Shown piece after piece: positions 51,801 through 60,800 of a stretch of 64,000 bases of DNA. The first letter of the stretch is position 1, and each line of letters begins with the position of its first letter. The stretch lies in contig NW_026889796.1 of the NCBI RefSeq assembly GCF_033153115.1, positions 8,494,001 to 8,558,000 of the forward strand. The letters run 5' to 3'. The notes below the pieces were generated by a model. The model did not search any database and was not told where the DNA came from. It worked only from the letters and a program-made list of their open reading frames with translations. Origin of the DNA: Saccostrea echinata. Taxonomy: Eukaryota. Both the position numbers and the translations under genes were made by a program.

Positions 51801-54800
51801 TAAAGTTCAACACTGAATTATATACATGTGTATATGTACGTGTACATATATTGGCGTATTCACTGGTTATGAAGATGTTGGTTAAATCATGAATTAGCTA
51901 TACATTATGTCCAGGTCGTATATTATATTTGTAAATGGTTTCTTAGCAGTATTCATGAATTAGCTCAAATATGAAGCCCGCTTTTTTAAGTACACATACA
52001 TGTACAGTAGTTAACAATCTTTTCAAAAATATTCCTTTCTACAACAATAATAACGCCCCGAGGTTAAGGTAGGGGATCAAAGCTTTAGATGCATATGAAT
52101 AAAAGAAATTTTAAAATCTTCTCAAGAACAGTAGGAAGATATATTAATTTGTAATGATGGCAATATAGTACTAAAAATGTAGACCTATTCTCTAGCCACC
52201 ATTTTATCAACATAAATCATTGAACCATTGATGAGTCAAGTGAACATCGTGGCACTTTTTTCCGAAGAATAACTACCACTCATTGCATACAAATGGCAAT
52301 TCTAAAATTGTGACTATAACAATTTAGTGAAGACTATGACGCATATTTAATTTAATTCTCCGGAATTTAGTTTGCAGTAAAAATATAAATTGTACTTTCA
52401 ATAGGTACATATGTATACATCGCTCCCTTCAAAACTTCTCTATTTATTCTTCCAGCATACCGTATTCAAGATAAGCATGGCAAATTTTTTTCTGTAAATA
52501 CAGGTTATGCCGAATGGAGCACCTGGGGCCCGTGGACTTCATGCAATAAGCAGTGCGGGGGTGGCGTTCAGAGGAGGAAGAGGGCGTGTTCTACTACCTC
52601 CTTGCCGTGTTCTGGTGATCAGGAAGACTCAAAGAAATGTAACACACAACCGTGTTCTAATGTGGTTCTTCCTGCAACCATTCCCCCAAATTCGTCAAGT
52701 AGGTCCATTCGTTTTGTTGAGGTTCAGTTTTTGAATTCCAAATTTTCACGAGGAAAATCGTAAATAGAAAACGTAGGCTTCTTTATATTCTCTATTATTG
52801 ATTTTTAAGCAAAACCATTTACAAAATGTGTTGATTTGTAGAGTTTGGCTGTTACATATGCAGTCACGAAAAATCAAGCGAAGCATGTAATATGAAGGGA
52901 ATTCAGGCTTGTCCAAATGGAAAACAGGTAAGAGAGGAACACTCTCTGCTCAATTATTGTAAAAAAAGAAAAAGCTTATATAAAGTATGATTTTCGTCGT
53001 TTTCGTGGTATGAAAAGACCCATGAATTCATTCATGTACTAAATGTTAAAATTCGAAGACGAGTACTGTTCCTATCCTCAACCACAAATTGAAAATCATC
53101 ATAAATCAACAGTTTACACTAGCGCCACGACAACTTAAACCCATACAATTAAGTGATTTTACAGTTGGTGTTAACACGTCAATTAACATGAATATTTTTG
53201 TACAAGACACGCATTAAAAATAATCTTTATCTTGTAGATTTGTGGTACAAGAGTTGACAGAAAGACAAAGAATGTAATGAAAGCATGCACGGCCGTCTGC
53301 AAACCTGGCTGCAACAAGAACGCATGCACGTTCTGTTGTTCATCTACTGGATGTAATAAAGGTGTGTACTAATGATCAAAACCGTTTCTTGTTCATAAAC
53401 TGGCTGTAATTATGATACCGGTATGTATTAAAGATGAACACCTTCAGTTGTTCATTTACTGGCTTTAATAAAGATATGTATTGATGAACAACGCCTTTTG
53501 TTGTTCATCTACTGGTTGTAAAAAACGGTATGAATTAACAGGCCCGTAGGAAGCAATTTCACTTTGAGGGGGCACAACAATACATTTTCAGTTGGGGGGC
53601 ACTATCAATGATCAAAATTTCTTGACAAGCAAAAAAAAAGGTCATCAGACGTTATTATTGAGCGGGCACAAGCATAAAGTAGCTATGTTTTCTATAGTAT
53701 TCTATATATCGGCAAAATTATTAGGAGGGGGCACCCCTGTGCCCCCGGTTCCTACGGCCATGATTAATGATCAACACCTTTTGTTGCTTACCTACTGGCT
53801 GTAACAGAGGTATGTATTAATGATCTACATCTTCTCTTGTTCATCTGATAGTTGTAATAAAGGTATGTTTCTATTAATAACACCTTCCGTCATTCTCCCA
53901 CTGGCTGTAATAAAGGTGCTTGTAATCAAAACCTTTTTGGTGTTTATTTTCTGGCTGCAACTTGGATGCCTGTATGTTGTATTTTTATGGTGATCCACAC
54001 CGTGAAATGTTCTTTAATTTGCTATAATCGAACTTGTAAACTAATGACCACAATTTTTTCATCTTACTGGTTATAATCGAAGTTCCTGAACTGGTTGTAA
54101 TCGAGGTACGTACCCAATGAGCCACAATTTCCGATGTTTATGAACTGATTGTAATCGAGGTACGCAACTTATAATCCACCATTTCCGAATGTTTATCTAT
54201 TGCCTGTAATAGAGATAGAGATATCATCAAAAGATCCGTACTTAATGAGGTCATCTAGTAGTTGTTATAAAGGGCATATATCCACGGTGCAGAAAAAAAT
54301 TTGGTATACCTTCAAATAATTCTAATGACAGACGTTTCAAAAAATACATTTCAAAGAATACACACCATTTGATGTATTTACTCTTTATTAATAATGTTTC
54401 AAAATTGTTAATGTTTTGTAGAATTTGGTAAATATGGACAGTGGTCGTCGTGGAAAGAAAAGAAAACCAAAGGTGGCAAAATATTGGAGCGCAAACGAGA
54501 CTGCACGACGCAAGAATGCTCTGGTGACACCACCGAGACCAAACCCTGCACACCCGCCCTGTGTTCTGGTAGGTGTTCATAATGCTATAGGGAGAGTTTA
54601 TTTAGTTTTGTGATCGATTGTATTTGGCTTTTAAACAGAAAAAGTAAAGAATAATTAATAGTTCAATTGCATATTCTACCTTGTATGTATCATCTTTTTT
54701 AAACAATTTTACCATATGTCAAGAAAGACATTTTACACTTTCTAAAACATTTTTATGTTTCATGAACTTGATATTAATTGTATATGGTATCACAACACGA

Positions 54801-57800
54801 AATATAAAATACAAAATGTTTAATTTGTCGGAAAAAAGAATAAATAAATAAATAAATTAATAAATAATAATAATAAAATGATAATAAAAAAAATATAGAT
54901 TCTTGGAACTGATCCTTATGTTATATTTAGCAATTCATTCTTGTGTATTCTATAGGCTACAAACAACAATGCAACGTCTGCAACAAAGCAAAGAAGAACA
55001 GCGAGTGTACAAAAGTAGAAACATGCAAAAAGGATGAAGATGTAAGAATATATTGTAACGCAAGAATTAATGAGAAATAGTAAGCAAATATATATGCTAC
55101 TATAATGCCCTATGCCCTTGACATGGTATACTGTGACAGGGAATTCAGAATTTTTGAATGACTTTATATATGAATTTTCACCTCCTGAGGGAAATGCACA
55201 ATCGGTGTTTGCTTTGAATTAAATAATGTTTGATTCAAAGAATATCATAGTAACTGATTATATCCTTTTGTTATCACATCGTTTTTGATTTTTTTTTATT
55301 CAGAAGAAAAAGAAAGTCAAGAAACCTGACACATTTTTATATAAGCGAAAAGAAATATCAAAGACATATCTTTAATTTGTTTATCTATAATTTTAGACTT
55401 GCGAAACTCGCGTGGAAAAGAACAAAGCGGAAATAACAAAACGGTGTAGAAAGGAAAAGGACTGCAAACCAAAGTGTGATCCCAAAGATAGTTATTGTGT
55501 TACCTGTTGTAAGGGATCACTGTGCAACAAAGATGAAGGTAAAAATTATTAAATACACGTTAATAATTCCTCAGAGAAGAATAGTCTTCGTAAATTTACC
55601 ATATGAGAAAATTCTGGGATCGTGGATTTTTAGTTCCTTACATAGGCGTCAGAAGAAAATTGAAAGTGGGGGGGGGGGGGGCTTAATCAACAAAAAAAAT
55701 GGGGGTAGGGGTTAGGCCTCAATTTTCACTGCCTATATTAATGTCTAAGTGAGGGGGGAGAGGGGGCTAATCCCCTCAAGCCCCCCCAATCCCCCAGTCC
55801 CGGTTCCGACGCCTATGCTTTAAAACAAAACCCTTATATTCATATGGAAAAAAAATTATGATACGAGGGATGGGGGAAATTACAACTTCCTTATAACCAA
55901 GGAAATCTTTTATCCAAATTCGACATTAGCAAGTTTTACTGCATCAGTTTGGATTTTTGTGCAGCATATGGAACGTATAGCCTCTGGAGTGTGTGGTCTG
56001 CTTGCAGTAAGCGATGTGGTGGTGGTAAACAAAGCAGAACTAGGAAGTGTTCCTCATCGAAATTGCCTTGTGAAGGACCATCCACGGAGGAAAAGGGCTG
56101 CAACACCGCCTCCTGTGTGCAATGTAAGATACAGCGAAAAAATCTTCAAATTTAATTTTAATCACAATTTCAGTATTCGTTTAATTTGTGAATGTAGCTA
56201 CAACATTTGTTTTTATAAGCTACAATTTACTTTTCAATAGCATCAGAATGCCAGAAGTGTACAAGTGCCAAAAATAATGCAGAGTGTAACAGACAAAATA
56301 AAGAAATTTGTTCAGCCTATCAGGTGAGCAAATTTTAATTTTTGTAAAGGTTTTTGAAAAAAGAATATTATTGTTCATAAATTCAGAGTGAGACATGTTT
56401 GATTAATGAAAAAAGGGTGAAATTTAACTTGGTAAATTTATATGTACGATGGATTTCTACTTTTGGGTTCTTTTTGGAATCTTTGGTTTTAATTTTGATA
56501 TTTATTCCTGTGATTAAAATAGTTGATTGTTGTTTTCTTATATGATTGCTAGTTTGTACATTCGTCCAGGGCAACATTTCTAGTCAAACTCAAACTAACG
56601 CAACGCAATACTTTGGTTTTCGGCAAGAAGAACAATGAATGTCGTTCCTTAAAAGTTTGAAATTAAATTTATATTTATTTTTCACGCCATATAAAATTTA
56701 TTGAAAGAGGCCTTCTTTTAGGAGAGATTAATAAATAGAAAAAGTATATATAACTCCATAAACCAGTTGTTACCCGATATAGTACATTTGACTTTTTCAG
56801 TCCTGCGAGACAAAGATTGATCGTCGGACCAAAGCACTGACTAAGAAATGTACGCCAACATCTGCATGTAGAACCCTCTGTCACGGCAACTCAGCCGTCT
56901 GCACTTTCTGTTGTCAAGGAGATAACTGCAACGAAGGTCTGCCATTTTTACTTATCTAATATTACTATTTATTAATATATACGAAAATTGTATATTCATG
57001 AATAAATTTCGTTTAATTACTAAATATTCAAACCACATTTGTCGTTAATATAAATTACTTTAAGACGTTGTATTTATATTTTTCGGTAAGTTCTAGACAA
57101 TTTGGCTACACATTGCTGTCGTGCGATAAGGTCAACCTTAATTACATTCTTAAAATAATTTCATTTTAATAAAATATTCTAATAAATGACAGCTGCGAAG
57201 GTAAATAATGAGTAAGCAATAAGAGTATTAATTAAATTCCAATTAATTTCATTTTTTATAAACTTTTACAGTTTATGGTGAATGGGCTCCTTGGAGTGCA
57301 TGGGCACTAAAGAATGGAAAGAAGATCAGAACTCGGTCCTGTAATACTATAGAGTGTTCAGGTGATAGTGTAGAGGAGCAAACCTGCACTGGTACAGCAT
57401 GTTCAGGTACATAACAGAAATCAGGTTTTAATGAATTCGCTATTTAATGGGGAAAAAACTCTCACATATATAAATATATAAATTTTTCAAATTTCATATC
57501 TTGTATGTCTTTAAATCGAAAACAGATACATTTTCTGAATAATATTTCAAATATCAGAAAATGGATACGTTTTGTACTTTAGCAGTAAAATGTCATATGT
57601 ATTAAGAAGTCTTTTACTTTACTTGTACAGAAAAACATATTGTGAAGATCGAATTTTAATTCACACACATCTGTTCACGTTGACCACTCAAAAAAATGTT
57701 TACACAGTTTTCCGCGTTTCCTTCTAAATATGTCTGAAATATCACCGTCAAATCATCATTATATCATTTACAACTAATCCTTAAACATCTCTCACTAACA

Positions 57801-60800
57801 TTGATTTTTTAAATGAAGAGTTTTTTGTTTATAGGAGTACAAAATTTCCAGTGTAGAAGCTGTACAAACGCCAGGTCTGACGCGGAATGTAACTTTGGAA
57901 ACTTTGTCACATGCCCTGCTAATCAACAAGTTAGTAATTCTGGGATAAAATTACACACGTCAGGAATAAATAATATAATATTAGTACAAAGTACAAAAGA
58001 GATAAGTACCAGAGAATTCAAAACGTGGTTATAAAAAAATGTATACCATTGTACAATTATAGTATTTAGAATCGCTTACAAAAGTGCATAAGTAAAACAG
58101 ACAAAAGGGCAGAGAGCCATTATTGATTAAATGTCTTAAAATATTCTCAGACATGCCAAACCAAAGTTGTTCGAGGAACTGGTCTAATTACAAAAGGATG
58201 TGCTGCGCCAACTTCATGTACACCATCCTGTACAGCGGGAAGCCAGACCTGTACATTCTGTTGTTCAGGCTCTCAGTGCAATGAAAGTGCGTAGTTTATT
58301 TCCAGTATGGTTGAAATTCAAATCATGGTAATTTTTCAAATAAAAAAGTATTTATGAGGAGTTGATAGTATCAGTGACCATCTTCATTATAATTACTTTT
58401 ATGCAGATTTTGGTTCATGGGGAATGTGGGGCTCATGGTCCGTGACTGGCACTAAAGGAAGCATGATGACCCGAAAACGCACCTGTACTTCTATCGAATG
58501 TTCTGGAGAGACTGAAGAGACTGTAAAGTGTCAGGGACCCATTTGTTCACGTAAGATATAACTGGAAATTGTCTACTCATTGTCAAACAAGTTTGATACC
58601 GAATGTATTCTGTGGAATACATTCTCGAAGAAAATACTCTAATTTTATAACAATCAGCAACCTGGGTTAGCATCGTTATGATTGTTGTTTGGTTGGTTGC
58701 TTGTTTGTTTTATGTCCCTTCGAGAATATTTTACTCAGGTTGGAGGCCCCCGAGTGCCAACAAGTGCCGGTGGATGGCTGCAAATTTAAGTCTATTTCAG
58801 CCCTTGAGCACTTTAATTTAAGCACTAATGACCATTATGTAGTGAGGGATATTATACGTTCAAGCAATATACTGCAACAAGAGACTTCGATGTTTCCGAA
58901 ATCAACCGAAGGACCATCATCAAGTTCTGCAGTGAATTCAATCTCGCGAATTGATGAACTCTTGAATAACGCTCTACCTACTGCACCATTGACGTTTTAT
59001 TTGACAGAAGCTTATCTTTTGTGGCTATATTTACAGAGTTTAGATGTCAAGCCTGTAACAATGCAAATTCAAACGAGGAATGCAACAAACAAGGTTTCCA
59101 GACTTGTTCCCAAGATCAAGATGTAAGGCCTATTTAGTTTAAGGAATTTATTATTAACTTTTAATTCCATTTTACAGTAATGGTTATATCTCATTTACTC
59201 AAACAGTGATTTCGTTTCACTAAGGCAAATATTCATATTTGAGTAAGTATATGGAACGGAAAATTTATTTTTATCCAAATACGATTCACCTGAATACAAC
59301 TCAATAAAAGAAATATTTTTTTATTGTAGACTTGCGGAACTACAGTTGAACGGGCAACAAAGCGCATGTCAAAGGGTTGTAAAGCTAAAGGCGCATGTAC
59401 ACCATGGTGTGACGCAGTATCTTGTACCTTCTGTTGCAAGGGAGCTTACTGTAACGACGGTAAGTTTCATGCACTTGTTAATGGGAGACTATTTAATTGA
59501 TTTTTTTTTTATTTTTTGAAATTATAGAATGTCGGTCAAAAAGTTCTAAAGAGCTTAAAAATAATAATGTTTTTACAAGCCAAACTATTTTTATTTAATT
59601 ATTGTTTTACGCAAGAGCATGCTCCAAGTACAAACAATTTATAAAACGAGGCAAGCTATTAACAAAGATGTTGATGTACCAAGGATATCAACAGTCTCGT
59701 TTAAATTCATCATTTTGCAAATTATATGGTTGATATAATGACCTTGTCAGCAAATATAAGCTATTATTAACCCGAATGCTGACTGATGTTGTTCATACTA
59801 ATTGTTAAGCCATTATTTAAACACTGAATTGTCTACGGGTTTTTCCGTTTCCCGATCATGACAATGAGCACACGGCGGGTGTGACGGGTCGACGTTTATT
59901 TAGGTAGATTTGTCATTGCTTTGGATTACTTACATATATTTGACATTAATTTGGATTACTTTGGTTAGATTTGGATTACTTGCGTCGATCTGACACTTAC
60001 TTGCATGTATGACATTTCTTACAGTTTATGGTGTGTGGCAGCTATGGACATCTTGGAAGGTGGTCCTAGAAAACAATGTATATATCAGACAGCGAACACG
60101 TGACTGCGTTACTACAGAGTGTTCCGGAAACGGCATAGAAAAGGAACCGTGCACAGGATCAATTTGTACAAGTAATATTAAAAAGTCTAATTTCACTGCA
60201 TTATTTTCAAGAATTTGTTTTCATTGAAAACAGTTAATTTCCTATAAAGTGCTAAATGTAAAAGCACAAAGATACAAAACAACAACAACAACAAAGAATA
60301 CAGAGATATTAAAAATCAGTATTTTTTTTCAAATATTTATTGATTTTATTAGACTTAAGAAAAACAAGGAGATAATTATGAAAAATTTCATTTTAATTCA
60401 TCTTTCATTTCATTAATTCTTATTTTATCAAAAAAGTTATAGATTTTTGGTAAAAGATAAATATCAATTCATCTAATTTGAGTCCTGTTAAATTGTGTTG
60501 ATATTAAAGGTGGCGTAAAGCCTGCTGTAGACGGAGGATTCACTGATTGGTCCACCTGGTCGTCTTGTTCTAAGACCTGTGGAACTGGAACAGCCGAGAG
60601 GTCTAGGACATGTACCCAACCTGTCCCAGAAAATGGCGGGAAAAACTGTACTGGGGTGTATTCGGAATCCAAAGCGTGTAGCACACAGCCATGTGCAGGT
60701 AAATCTAAAACTAGTACCAGGAAATTGGACATGATAGGAGATAAACCATAAAAATCAAACAAAACGCAAGAGCGAAGTTACTGTACTAAATTGAGAAAAG

